From Microbacterium sp. (GTDB taxonomy: Bacteria > Actinomycetota > Actinomycetes > Actinomycetales > Microbacteriaceae): DNA of 64,000 nucleotides. Under the pieces are notes generated by a model. That model was not told the origin of the DNA. It saw nothing but the letters and a program-made list of their open reading frames with translations, and ran no database searches. Location: contig NZ_JBEBSA010000002.1 of assembly GCF_040394595.1 (NCBI RefSeq), positions 381,137 to 445,136 on the forward strand. The letters run 5' to 3'. Numbering within the stretch: position 1 is the first letter of the stretch; every line of letters begins with the position of its first letter. Shown one piece after another: positions 27,993 to 36,997 of the stretch. Position numbers and translations under genes: made by a program.

Positions 27993-28442
27993 ATGACCAA
28001 GATCTTCGTCAACCTGCAGACCACCGACCTCGAGCGCAGCAAGGCGTTCTACACCGCGCTGGGATGTGGCATCAGCCCCGAGTTCACGGATGAGAACGCC
28101 GCCTGCATCGTGTGGAGCGAGGACATCTACTTCATGGTGCTGATGCGCGACTTCTTCGCGACCTTCACCGAGAAGACGGTCGTCGACCCGCGCGAGGGCG
28201 CGCAGGCGCTCATCGCCCTGAGCCGCGAGTCCCGCGAGGACGTCGACGACGTGCTCGCCAAGGGGCTCGCATCGGGCGGCACCGAGCCGGGCGAGCCGCA
28301 GGACTACGGCTTCATGTACTCCCGCGACCTGGAGGACCCCGACGGCAACATCCTCGAGTTCCTCTACATGACCCCCGAGGCGGTCGAGAAGGGCCCCGCG
28401 GCGTACATGGCCGAGCAGGGCGGCGCGCCGGCGACGGCCTGA
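27993..28442 (+). CDS. VOC (glyoxalase/bleomycin-resistance) family protein
   Basis: I place the start at MTKIFVNLQTTDLERSKAFYTALG inside the track ORF. The 149-aa protein is typical of single-domain VOC proteins. Confidence 0.85.
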   Translation: MTKIFVNLQTTDLERSKAFYTALGCGISPEFTDENAACIVWSEDIYFMVLMRDFFATFTEKTVVDPREGAQALIALSRESREDVDDVLAKGLASGGTEPGEPQDYGFMYSRDLEDPDGNILEFLYMTPEAVEKGPAAYMAEQGGAPATA

Positions 28443-28443
28443 C

Positions 28444-29163
28444 ATGGCGGCGCGGAGCTACGGCCAGTACTGCGGCGTCACCACCGCGGTCGAGCTGATC
28501 GGGGAACGGTGGGCGCTGCTCATCGTCCGTGATCTCCTCGTCGGACCGCGGCGGTACACCGACCTCAAACAGGGCCTTCCGCGCATCCCCACCAACATCC
28601 TGTCCACCCGCCTCAAGGAGCTGCAGGAGGGTGGGGTCGTACGCCGCGTGCCGCTCATGGGCTGCGGGCTGGTGTACGAGCTCACCCCCTACGGGCGGGC
28701 TCTCGAGCCGGTCGTCCTGGCGCTCGGGCGCTGGGGGTTCCAGACGATGGGCGACCCCTCGCCCGACGACGTGGTCACCCCCGACTCGCTGACGATGGCG
28801 CTCCGCACGTCGTTCCAGCCGGATGCCGCGGAGCACCTCGACATCGAGCTCCACGTCGGCGACGTCGCACTGCGCGTGCAGGTCGCCGAGCGCACGCTGC
28901 GCATCGCGCAGCTGGCGCCCCCCGCACCCCCGGTCGGCGGCGCCCTGCCCGCCGGGGATCCGGATGCCGTGATCGTCGCAGGTCCCGGCATCCGTCATCT
29001 CATCGGCGGCGAGGTGTCGCCGCAGGAGGCGATCGCCCAGGACCTCGTCGCCGTCGTGCGCGGCGACGAGTCCGTGCTCGACGTCTTCGCCCGTACGTTC
29101 CACATCGCGCCGCTCATCCCGGTCGGCGCGACCCCGCAGTCCCGCTCCGAGGCGTCGGGTTAG
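28444..29163 (+). CDS. HxlR-type winged-helix transcriptional regulator with C-terminal extension
   Basis: YCGVTTAVELIGERWALLIVRDLLVGPRRYTDL..IPTNILSTRLKEL is the HxlR signature. About 120 extra C-terminal residues follow. Confidence 0.85.
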   Translation: MAARSYGQYCGVTTAVELIGERWALLIVRDLLVGPRRYTDLKQGLPRIPTNILSTRLKELQEGGVVRRVPLMGCGLVYELTPYGRALEPVVLALGRWGFQTMGDPSPDDVVTPDSLTMALRTSFQPDAAEHLDIELHVGDVALRVQVAERTLRIAQLAPPAPPVGGALPAGDPDAVIVAGPGIRHLIGGEVSPQEAIAQDLVAVVRGDESVLDVFARTFHIAPLIPVGATPQSRSEASG

Positions 29164-29207
29164 CCCCGGCATCCGGATGCGGGCAGGCCTTCTCGAAGGA
29201 GAACATC

Positions 29208-29831
29208 ATGGCCGGACGCATCATCATCGATCTCTTCACGACCCTCGACGGCGTCGCCCAGGCGCCCGGCGGGCAGGAGGAGGACACCAGCGGCGGCTTC
29301 CGCTTCGGCGGGTGGCAGGCGGGTGTCGCCAGCGAGTCGGTGGGCGGTGAGGTGATGGAGGGCATGTCGACGCTCGACGCCCTGCTGCTGGGCCGGCGCA
29401 CCTACGACATCTTCGCCGGCTACTGGCCGCAGCACACGACCGGTCCCGAGGGGGCGATCGGACAGCTCTTCAACCGCGTGCCGAAGTACGTCGCCTCCCG
29501 CGACGCGGGCATCGCACTCGACTGGGAGGGCAGCAGCCGCGTCGGTGACGACCTCGCCGCGGAGATCGCCCGCCTGCGGGAGACGCACCGCGACGTGCAC
29601 GTGATCGGCAGCGTCGATTTCGTGCAGACCCTCCTCGCCGAGCAGCTCTTCGATGAGTTGCAGCTCTGGGTCTACCCCATCGTGCTGGGCCAGGGGAAGC
29701 GGGTCTTCCCGGAGGGTGCGACCCCCGCGAACCTCCGGCTGCTCCGCTCGGCGCAGGGCGACAACGGCACGATCAGTCTGCGGTACGCGCCGCTGCCCGG
29801 TGAGCCGGAGACCGGGACCGTCGGAAGCTGA
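29208..29831 (+). CDS. dihydrofolate reductase family protein (RibD C-terminal domain type)
   Basis: 207 aa. IIDLFTTLDGVAQAPGG and LLLGRRTYDIFAGYWP are typical of this family. GAAGGAG RBS is present. Confidence 0.85.
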   Translation: MAGRIIIDLFTTLDGVAQAPGGQEEDTSGGFRFGGWQAGVASESVGGEVMEGMSTLDALLLGRRTYDIFAGYWPQHTTGPEGAIGQLFNRVPKYVASRDAGIALDWEGSSRVGDDLAAEIARLRETHRDVHVIGSVDFVQTLLAEQLFDELQLWVYPIVLGQGKRVFPEGATPANLRLLRSAQGDNGTISLRYAPLPGEPETGTVGS

Positions 29832-29837
29832 ACGAAC

Positions 29838-29859
29838 GGGCCGGCAGCGACGCCGGCCC
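29838..29859. terminator. short GC hairpin between convergent genes
   Basis: GGGCCGGC-AGCGAC-GCCGGCCC forms an 8-bp stem. Confidence 0.4.
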
Positions 29860-29866
29860 CGCCGGG

Positions 29867-30685
29867 TCAGGCGTCGCCGTGCAGCATCCGCTCGATGACG
29901 CGGGCCACGCCGTCGTCGGCGTTGGAGTCGGCGACCTCGTCGGCGGCGTCGCGCACCACGTCGATCGCGTTCGCGACGGCCACCCCGCGGCCGGCCCAGG
30001 CCAGCAGCTCCAGGTCGTTCAGCGCGTCGCCGAAGGCGAGCACCTCGTGCTGCGCGATGCCGAGGCGCGCGCAGAGCTGCGCGACGCCGGTGGCCTTCGT
30101 CACGCCCGCGGCCATCACCTCGACGAACGGCGCTCCCGACATCGTGGCCTCGAAGCCCTCGAGCCCGAGGGACTGCAGGGCGGAGAAGACGTCGGGGACG
30201 GGGACGGAGGGGTGCCGGATCACGAGCTTCAGGCTCGGGGCGGCGAGCACGGTGTCGAGCGGCACGCCGCCCATGGTCCCGGGATCGCGCTTGTGATCGC
30301 TCAGCCGTGCCACGGCGGCATAGCCGTGCTGCGCCACGAATCCCTCGCCCGCGTTCCGCACGCTGGCGAAGAGCAGATCGGGGACCACGGCGTTCAGCGC
30401 CTCGGCGAGCGTGCGCTGCACCGCCACCGGGATCTCCTCGGCGAACAGCTGCTCGCCGGTCGTCAGGTGCACGCCGTACGCGCCGTTGCCGCACAGCGCC
30501 CACTGCGTGAAGCCGGCGTCGCCGGCGATGGCCCGGAGCCCGATCGGCTGACGGGCGGTCACCGGGACGACGGCGATCCCGGCTTCCCGCGCGGCATCGA
30601 GGGCCGCCCTGGTGCGCGCGGTCACCGCGCCGGCGTCGTCGAGGAGCGTGCCGTCGAGGTCGGTCGCGATGAGACGGATCGTCAT
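29867..30685 (-). CDS. Cof-type HAD-IIB family hydrolase
   Basis: 272 aa. It has the DLDGTLL motif I and a C-terminal GDALNDLELL motif. Confidence 0.9.
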   Translation of the reverse strand: MTIRLIATDLDGTLLDDAGAVTARTRAALDAAREAGIAVVPVTARQPIGLRAIAGDAGFTQWALCGNGAYGVHLTTGEQLFAEEIPVAVQRTLAEALNAVVPDLLFASVRNAGEGFVAQHGYAAVARLSDHKRDPGTMGGVPLDTVLAAPSLKLVIRHPSVPVPDVFSALQSLGLEGFEATMSGAPFVEVMAAGVTKATGVAQLCARLGIAQHEVLAFGDALNDLELLAWAGRGVAVANAIDVVRDAADEVADSNADDGVARVIERMLHGDA

Positions 30686-30686
30686 G

Positions 30687-31532
30687 TCAGGAGAAGATCA
30701 TCGGCATGTCGTCATCGTCCGCGGCCGCGCCGAAGTCGAGGTCGACCACGACGGGCACGTGGTCGCTCGGCTGCTCCCCTTTGCGCTCGTCGCGCTGGAT
30801 CGACGCACCGGTCACCGCATCGGCGAGCGGCTTCGATCCGAGGATGAAGTCGATGCGGATGCCCTCGTTGCGGGGGAACTTGAGGCGCTGGTAGTCCCAG
30901 TAGGTGTACCCCTCCGGCAGCAGAGGGCGCACCACGTCGCTGACGCCCGCCGACTCGAGGGCGAAGAACGCCTCGCGCTCGAGGGGGGAGACGTGCGTGG
31001 AGCGGCCGACGACGATGTCGGGGTCGCCGTTGTCGGCGTCGAAGGGGATGATGTTGAAGTCGCCGACCAGTGCCAGGGGGAGTGCGGGGCTCGCGGCGGT
31101 CTCGGCCGCGGTCGCCTGCCGCAGCGCCTCGAGCCAGTGCAGCTTGTACCGGTAGTGCGGATCGTCGAGCGCTCGCCCGTTCGGCACGTAGAGACTCCAC
31201 ACCCGCACGCCGCCGACCGTCGCGCCGAGGGCGCGGGCCTCGAGGGGCGCGTCGGGCCCCTCATGGCCCTTCGCGAAACCGGGCATCCCGGCGAACGCGG
31301 TCGACACGTCGGTGATCGGCTCGCGGCTGGCGATCGCCACCCCGTTCCACTGGTTCAGGCCGTGCGCCTCGACGTGATAGCCGGCACGCTCGAACGGCTC
31401 ATAGGGGAACTGCTCGGGCTTGCACTTGATCTCCTGCAGCGCGAGCACGTCGACGTCCTCCCGCACGGCGAAGTCGACGGCGCGGTCGACGCGGGCGCGG
31501 ATCGAGTTGATGTTCCAGGTGGCCAAGCGCAT
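30687..31532 (-). CDS. xthA: exodeoxyribonuclease III
   Basis: 281 aa. MRLATWNINSIRAR, LALQEIK and the C-terminal SDHVPVVVDL are present. Confidence 0.9.
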   Translation of the reverse strand: MRLATWNINSIRARVDRAVDFAVREDVDVLALQEIKCKPEQFPYEPFERAGYHVEAHGLNQWNGVAIASREPITDVSTAFAGMPGFAKGHEGPDAPLEARALGATVGGVRVWSLYVPNGRALDDPHYRYKLHWLEALRQATAAETAASPALPLALVGDFNIIPFDADNGDPDIVVGRSTHVSPLEREAFFALESAGVSDVVRPLLPEGYTYWDYQRLKFPRNEGIRIDFILGSKPLADAVTGASIQRDERKGEQPSDHVPVVVDLDFGAAADDDDMPMIFS

Positions 31533-31612
31533 GCGTCCAGCCTATTGGGGGCCTCCGACCTCCCCGGTCGTCGAGCGCGCCCAGCGGGTCGGAACGGCCG
31601 CGCCGGACTCCC

Positions 31613-33799
31613 TCAACGACCGGCGCGAGCGGCCTGCTCCGCCTTCTTCTCGCGGCGGAGCCCGTGCAGCAGAGGCTCGGTGTATCCGCTCGGCTGGGAC
31701 GCGCCCTCGACGATCAAGCGCCGCGCGGCGGTGAACGCGATTCCCGGCTCCTCGCCGTCGGCGAACGCGAGGGCCTCGTAGTGCGGGTCGCCGGCGTTCT
31801 GCTCGTCGACCACGACGGCGAGGCGTCGCAGGCTCTCGTCGATCTGCTCCTCGGTGATCACGCCGTGCGTCAGCCAGTTGGCCAGCAGCTGGCTCGAGAT
31901 GCGCAGCGTCGCACGGTCCTCCATGAGTCCGACGCCGTGGATGTCCGGAACCTTCGAGACCCCGATGCCCTGATCGATCCAGCGCACCACGTAGCCGAGG
32001 ATCGACTGCACGTTGTTGTCGATCTCGTTCGCGACGACCTCGGGGGTGAGGTCGCCCTCGCCGGCGAGCGGCGGCGTGAGCAGCACGTCGAGGGAGTCTT
32101 CGCCGACCGGAGGCAGCGTCGCCCGCACGGCGAAGGGGTCGACCTGGTGGTAGTGCAGGGCGTGCAGCGTGGCGGCGGTGGGCGAGGGGACCCAGGCGGT
32201 GGACGCCCCCGACCGCACGTGCGCGATCTTCTTCTCGAGCATGTCGTGCATGAGGTCGGGCTCCGCCCACATGCCCTTGCCGATCTGCGCCCGTCCGTCG
32301 AGGCCGGCGGCGAGGCCGATCGCGACGTTGCGGTCCTCATAGGCCTTCATGAACGGCTGCGCCTTGATCGCCGCCTTCGGCAGGAAGGGGCCGGCGTGCA
32401 GGGAGGTGTGGATCTCGTCGCCGGTGCGGTCGAGGAACCCGGTGTTGATGAACACCACGCGGTCGGAGGCCGCGGCGATCGAGGCGGCGAGGTTCGCCGA
32501 GGTGCGGCGCTCCTCGTCCATGATGCCGATCTTCATGGTGCGCGCGGGCAGGCCGAGCAGCTGCTCGGCGCGAGCGAACAGCTCGGCGGCGAAGGCGACC
32601 TCTTCCGGTCCGTGCATCTTCGGCTTCACGATGTACATCGATCCGGTGCGGGAGTTCCTGCCCGCGGTCGGCCCCTCCAGCTCGGGGAGGGAGCCGAGCG
32701 CGGTCATGATCGCGTCGAGCACGCCCTCGAACACCGGGGCGCCGTCGCGATCGAGCACGGCGTCGGTGCGCATGAGGTGGCCGACGTTGCGGATGAACAG
32801 GACGGCGCGCCCGGGGAGGGTGATCTCGCCTCCGTCGGCGGTGCGGTAGGTGCGATCCGGATTCAGGGAGCGCAGGAACGTGTGTCCGTCCTTCGTGACC
32901 GACTCCGTGAGGGTGCCGTCCATGAAACCGCGCCAGTTGCGGTAGCCGAGGGCCTTGTCCTCGCCGTCGACCGCGGCGACGGAGTCTTCGAGGTCGAGGA
33001 TGGTGGTGATCGCGGACTCCAGGACGATGTCCTGCACGCCCGCGGCATCCGTCCGGCCGATCGTGCCATCGTGGTCGATCGCGATCTCGGCGTGCAGGCC
33101 GTTGTGACGCAGCAGCACAGCGGCCGGGGCATCCGACTCTCCGGTGAAGCCGGTGAAGGCGTCGGGATCGACGAGGCGCCGAACGCCGCCGTCGGTGTCG
33201 ATCGCGAGGCCCTCCGCGTCGACGCGATAGCCGGTGGCGTGGCGATGCGAGGCGCCGTCGAGCGGCGCGATCTCGTCGAGCAGCTCGCGACCCCGCGCGA
33301 CCACCGCGGCGGCTCGGGTGAGGTTGAACGCGGAACCCGGCGCGAGCTCGCCGCCGCGGTCGATGGCGTCGGTGCCGTAGAGCGCGTCGTAGAGCGAGCC
33401 CCAGCGGGCGTTGGCGGCGTTGATCGCGAAACGGGCGTTCAGCAGGGGGACGACGAGCTGCGGGCCGGCGGTGGTGGCGATCTCGGGATCGACGTCCTCG
33501 GACGACACGGCGACCTTCGCCGGGGCCGGCGCCAGGTAGCCGATGCCGGTCAGCAGGGCACGGTAGGCGTCGCGGTCGGGAGCCCCGGGGTTCGCGCGGT
33601 GGAACTCGTCGATGCGCTGCTGGATCTCCTCGCGTCGCTGCAGCAGCGCGGCGTTGCGCGGTCCGAGCTCGTGGAAGATCGCACTCGCCCCGGTCCAGAA
33701 CGCGTCGACGTCGCGCCCGGCGGCGGCGAGGGACGACTCGGCGAACTCGACGATCGGCGCAGACACCGAGAGGTCGGCACGGGAGAGGTACGAGGTCAT
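31613..33799 (-). CDS. glcB: malate synthase G
   Basis: 728 aa, the full-length G-type size. Family sequence is conserved throughout (MYIVKPKMHGPEEV, IMDEERRTS). Confidence 0.95.
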   Translation of the reverse strand: MTSYLSRADLSVSAPIVEFAESSLAAAGRDVDAFWTGASAIFHELGPRNAALLQRREEIQQRIDEFHRANPGAPDRDAYRALLTGIGYLAPAPAKVAVSSEDVDPEIATTAGPQLVVPLLNARFAINAANARWGSLYDALYGTDAIDRGGELAPGSAFNLTRAAAVVARGRELLDEIAPLDGASHRHATGYRVDAEGLAIDTDGGVRRLVDPDAFTGFTGESDAPAAVLLRHNGLHAEIAIDHDGTIGRTDAAGVQDIVLESAITTILDLEDSVAAVDGEDKALGYRNWRGFMDGTLTESVTKDGHTFLRSLNPDRTYRTADGGEITLPGRAVLFIRNVGHLMRTDAVLDRDGAPVFEGVLDAIMTALGSLPELEGPTAGRNSRTGSMYIVKPKMHGPEEVAFAAELFARAEQLLGLPARTMKIGIMDEERRTSANLAASIAAASDRVVFINTGFLDRTGDEIHTSLHAGPFLPKAAIKAQPFMKAYEDRNVAIGLAAGLDGRAQIGKGMWAEPDLMHDMLEKKIAHVRSGASTAWVPSPTAATLHALHYHQVDPFAVRATLPPVGEDSLDVLLTPPLAGEGDLTPEVVANEIDNNVQSILGYVVRWIDQGIGVSKVPDIHGVGLMEDRATLRISSQLLANWLTHGVITEEQIDESLRRLAVVVDEQNAGDPHYEALAFADGEEPGIAFTAARRLIVEGASQPSGYTEPLLHGLRREKKAEQAARAGR

Positions 33800-34227
33800 G
33801 ATTCCATTCCTTCTCCCCGGGCGCCCAGGCGCCGCAGGGTCTCGAGTGCGATCTCGGCGTCCTGCGCCGGGCTGCCGCCCGCCACACCGAGTCCGCCGAC
33901 GTGGTCGTCGCCGAAGAGGATCGGCACGCCTCCGTCGATCGTGGTGAGCGCGCCGCCGGTGCCGAGGGCGAGCGCGGTGGCGAGAGGCTCCGGGATCCGT
34001 CCCGTGCGGCGGCGAGTGGACGCGGATGTCGCGGCCTTGCGGCGGCTGGTCTCCGCGCTGTGCGGAGTGGCGCCGTCGGCCATGCCGTAGGCGATGAGGG
34101 TCATCGAGGGGTCTGCGACCGAGACGACGGCTTTCACGCCGACGGCCTCGCCCACCTCCATCGCGATCGACACCGCGCGCGCGGCCGTCTCGTACGTGAT
34201 GGCGACGGTCTGGCGGTGGGTCGGCAT
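33796..34227 (-). CDS. glcG: GlcG/HbpS-like heme-binding protein (DUF336)
   Basis: I prefer the ATG at 34227 after GAGGAG over the track's TTG at 34245. GGGVPI-type motif (IDGGVPILFGDDHVGGLGVAGGSPAQD) is present. The stop overlaps the glcB start (ATGA). Confidence 0.8.
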   Translation of the reverse strand: MPTHRQTVAITYETAARAVSIAMEVGEAVGVKAVVSVADPSMTLIAYGMADGATPHSAETSRRKAATSASTRRRTGRIPEPLATALALGTGGALTTIDGGVPILFGDDHVGGLGVAGGSPAQDAEIALETLRRLGARGEGMES

Positions 34228-34383
34228 CGACGTCTCCTCGGTCAAACGATTCAGTCCGGTATTAATTCATATTGCGAATATCTAATCTCGCATAGTGGAA
34301 CTATATGACAACACTGCCGGACCTGTCCACACGCACGGCGGAACACCGCCGCAGCCGGGGCGCGGCGGTTCCGACGGGATCCG

Positions 34384-34950
34384 TCAGTGCTCGGCGGGAT
34401 CGGCGGTGCCGATGAGCACGCCGCGGGCCAGCGTGTGGAAGTGGCGGTGGAACCCGAGGGTCCCCGGCGTCTCGTCCCCGTCGAGGTCGAGCGCGTCGAC
34501 GTCGAGCGCGTCGACCACGAAGAAGTAGCGGTGCACGCCGGTGCCCGCGGGTGGGGCGGCGCCGATATAGCGCGGCAGCCGCGCCTCGTTCGGCATCACC
34601 TTCGCTCCGGCGGGGAGGCTCGCCGCCGAACCGTCGATCTGGCCGATCCCGGTCAGATCCGCCGGAAGGTCGAACGCGGCCCAGTGCCAGAAGCCGGAGC
34701 CCGTCGGGGCGTCCGGATCGAAGCAGGAGATCGCGAGGCTCTTCGTGCCCGTGGGCGGGGCGGACCACGTCAGCCGGGGAGTCAGATCCGCGCCGCCGCG
34801 ACCCTCCGACCAGGCGGTCAGGGGCAGCGCACCGCCGGCCTCGAAGTCGGGGCTGGTCAGCTGCAGCGCGGGAACCGGACGGAGCTCGGCGAGAGCGGCG
34901 TAGGGGTCGTACGAGAACACGGATCCTCCTTCGGGACGGTCATCGGCCAC
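34384..34950 (-). CDS. YbhB/YbcL family Raf-kinase-inhibitor-like (PEBP) protein
   Basis: 188 aa. It has the DPDAP and GxHRY (GTGVHRYFF) PEBP motifs. Confidence 0.85.
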   Translation of the reverse strand: MADDRPEGGSVFSYDPYAALAELRPVPALQLTSPDFEAGGALPLTAWSEGRGGADLTPRLTWSAPPTGTKSLAISCFDPDAPTGSGFWHWAAFDLPADLTGIGQIDGSAASLPAGAKVMPNEARLPRYIGAAPPAGTGVHRYFFVVDALDVDALDLDGDETPGTLGFHRHFHTLARGVLIGTADPAEH

Positions 34951-35035
34951 GATAGGCGGATGCCGGCGGCGAATCCAGAGCCGGTGCCGTCACGCGCCGG
35001 GTGCGACCGGAGGCGGGCGCTCTAAGCTGGTCTCC

Positions 35036-35596
35036 GTGACCGACCTCGCCGCAGACCGCCAGCACCTGCTCGACCTGATCACCGCCGAGGCGGTGTTCCA
35101 CGGAGACTTCACGCTCTCGAGCGGCAAGAAGGCGACGTACTACGTCGACATGCGCAAGCTGACCCTCGACCATCGCGCCGCACCGGCCATCGGGCGGATC
35201 ATGCTCGACCTCATCGGCGACCTCGATGTCGCCGCCGCAGGAGGGCTGACGCTCGGCGCCGACCCGATCGCGAACTCCGTCATGCACGCGTCCGCGGCAT
35301 CCGCGCGCCCGCTCGACGCGTTCGTCGTGCGCAAGGAGCCCAAGGACCACGGCCGGGGACGTCAGGTCGAAGGGGCGGACGTCGCGGGCAAGCGCGTCGT
35401 CGTCCTCGAGGACACCTCCACCACCGGCCAGTCCGCGCTGAAGGCCGTCGAGGTGCTGCGCCGTGAGGGCGCCGAGGTGGTCGCCGTCGCGGTGATCGTC
35501 GACCGCAAGACCGGGGCGCAGGCCGCGATCGAGGCGGAGGGGCTGCAGTGGCTGGCCGCCTTCGATCTCGACGACCTCGGACTCGACCCGCAGTGA
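35036..35596 (+). CDS. pyrE: orotate phosphoribosyltransferase
   Basis: 186 aa with a GTG start. FTLSSGKKATYYVD and the PRPP loop VVVLEDTSTTGQS are present. Confidence 0.9.
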   Translation: MTDLAADRQHLLDLITAEAVFHGDFTLSSGKKATYYVDMRKLTLDHRAAPAIGRIMLDLIGDLDVAAAGGLTLGADPIANSVMHASAASARPLDAFVVRKEPKDHGRGRQVEGADVAGKRVVVLEDTSTTGQSALKAVEVLRREGAEVVAVAVIVDRKTGAQAAIEAEGLQWLAAFDLDDLGLDPQ

Positions 35597-36495
35597 CCCG
35601 CTACGCGCTCGCCGTCGACGTCGGCGGCACCAAGCTCGAGGCGGCCCTCGTGTCGGAGGAGGGCGTGCTCGTGGACGGCAGTCGCACCCGCCGCCCCACC
35701 GGCCGGGACGCCGACGCCGCGACCCTGCGCACGTCGATCGAGGAGGCCGTCGCGCACGCCCTCGCCGCGCTCCCCGCGGGGGCCGAGCTGGTCGGCTCCG
35801 GGATCGGCAGCGCCGGACCGGTCGACCGCGAAGCCGGCGAGATCATGCCGGTCAACATGCCCCTGGCCCGTGGCTTCCCCCTCGCCCGTACCGTGCAGGA
35901 TGCCGCATCCCGTGCGCTCGGGCGGGAGGTGCGCACGGTGCTCGGACACGACGGGGGAGCGCTCGCGCTCGCCGAATCGTGGCTCGGGGCGACCCGCGGC
36001 GCCCGCGCCTCCCTGTCGATCGTGGTGTCGACCGGGGTCGGCGGAGGGTTCGTGCTCGGCGGCGCATATGCGCCGGGCGCGAGCGGCAACGCCGGGCACC
36101 TCGGACAGGTGCGCCGCGAGGGCGGTCTGACGCTCGAGGAGATCGCCTCGGGGCCGGCGAGTGCCGCCTGGGCGCAGTCGCAGGGCTGGCAGGGCAGGAC
36201 CGGAGAGGACCTCGCCCGCGACGCCGCGGCGGGATCGGGCATCGCCCGTGCGGCGATCGAGCGGTCGGCGACGGCCGTGGGCGAGGCGCTCGCCGACGCC
36301 GCGACCCTCGTCGACCTGGACATGGTCGCGATCGGCGGCGGATTCTCCCGGGTGTCGGAGGACTACATCGACCTCGTGCAGCGGGCCTTGACGGCCTCCG
36401 CCGTGCACGGATACTCGCAGCGCACCCGCGTGGTGCGCTCGGGCCTCGGCGACGAGGGCCCGCTCATCGGCGCCGCCGCCTTCGTGCTCCGGTAG
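35593..36495 (+). CDS. ROK family protein (sugar kinase-like)
   Basis: GTG start overlaps the pyrE stop (GTGA). YALAVDVGGTKLEAAL is the ATP-binding motif, and the length is typical of ROK proteins. Confidence 0.85.
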   Translation: MTRYALAVDVGGTKLEAALVSEEGVLVDGSRTRRPTGRDADAATLRTSIEEAVAHALAALPAGAELVGSGIGSAGPVDREAGEIMPVNMPLARGFPLARTVQDAASRALGREVRTVLGHDGGALALAESWLGATRGARASLSIVVSTGVGGGFVLGGAYAPGASGNAGHLGQVRREGGLTLEEIASGPASAAWAQSQGWQGRTGEDLARDAAAGSGIARAAIERSATAVGEALADAATLVDLDMVAIGGGFSRVSEDYIDLVQRALTASAVHGYSQRTRVVRSGLGDEGPLIGAAAFVLR

Positions 36496-36520
36496 GCGTG
36501 CTCGGAGTTCGGACGGCACC

Positions 36521-36814
36521 GGACGGATTGCATCCGGTGTGACGGATTGCATCCGGGTAAGTCCGATTCCGGGTGTGGTTCGTGACGGTGAGTGCGGATC
36601 GTCCGGACCCCGAGGCCGGCACTGGACGGATTGCATCCGGTGTGACGGATTGCATCCGGGTAAGTCCGATTCCGGGTGTGGTTCGTGACGGTGAGTGCGG
36701 ATCGTCCGGACCCCGAGGCCGGCACCGGACGGATGGCATCCGGTGTCACGTTCTGCACTCGGGCAAGTCCGATTCCGGGTGCGGTTCGTGACGGTGAGTG
36801 CAGACCGTCCGGGG
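36521..36814. repeat. tandem array of three 103-bp units (dispersed repeat instance 3)
   Basis: Units start at 36521, 36624 and 36727. Units 1 and 2 differ at a single base by my reading, and unit 3 is diverged. Each unit begins with a duplicated 19-mer (GACGGATTGCATCCGGTGT x2). The array fills the whole convergent spacer. Confidence 0.9.
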
Positions 36815-36997
36815 TTACTGACCGCGGGGGTCGCGGGGATCGTGTTGACGCGGACGGTCGTCGTCCTCCCAGGGGCCCTCGTACCAGGCGCCCTTCCCGT
36901 CGCGCTTCGGCTTGCGCAGCAGCTGCACGGCGATGACGGTGAGGGTCGTCAGGCCGATCGCGATCATCACCAGGAACAGCAGGTCCTGCTGGCTCAT
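36815..36997 (-). CDS. small single-pass membrane protein (60 aa), not in the ORF track as a separate gene
   Basis: MSQQDLLFLVMIAIGLTTLTVIAVQLLRKPKRDGKGAWYEGPWEDDDRPRQHDPRDPRGQ. Its ATG overlaps the upstream stop (ATGA), and nearly every codon ends in G or C. Confidence 0.6.
   Translation of the reverse strand: MSQQDLLFLVMIAIGLTTLTVIAVQLLRKPKRDGKGAWYEGPWEDDDRPRQHDPRDPRGQ

Noticed and set aside
36521-36814. The tandem repeats considered as a CRISPR array
   Set aside because: The whole 103-bp unit repeats with no unique spacers between short repeats. There are no cas genes in the window. The unit length and internal sub-repeats do not fit CRISPR.
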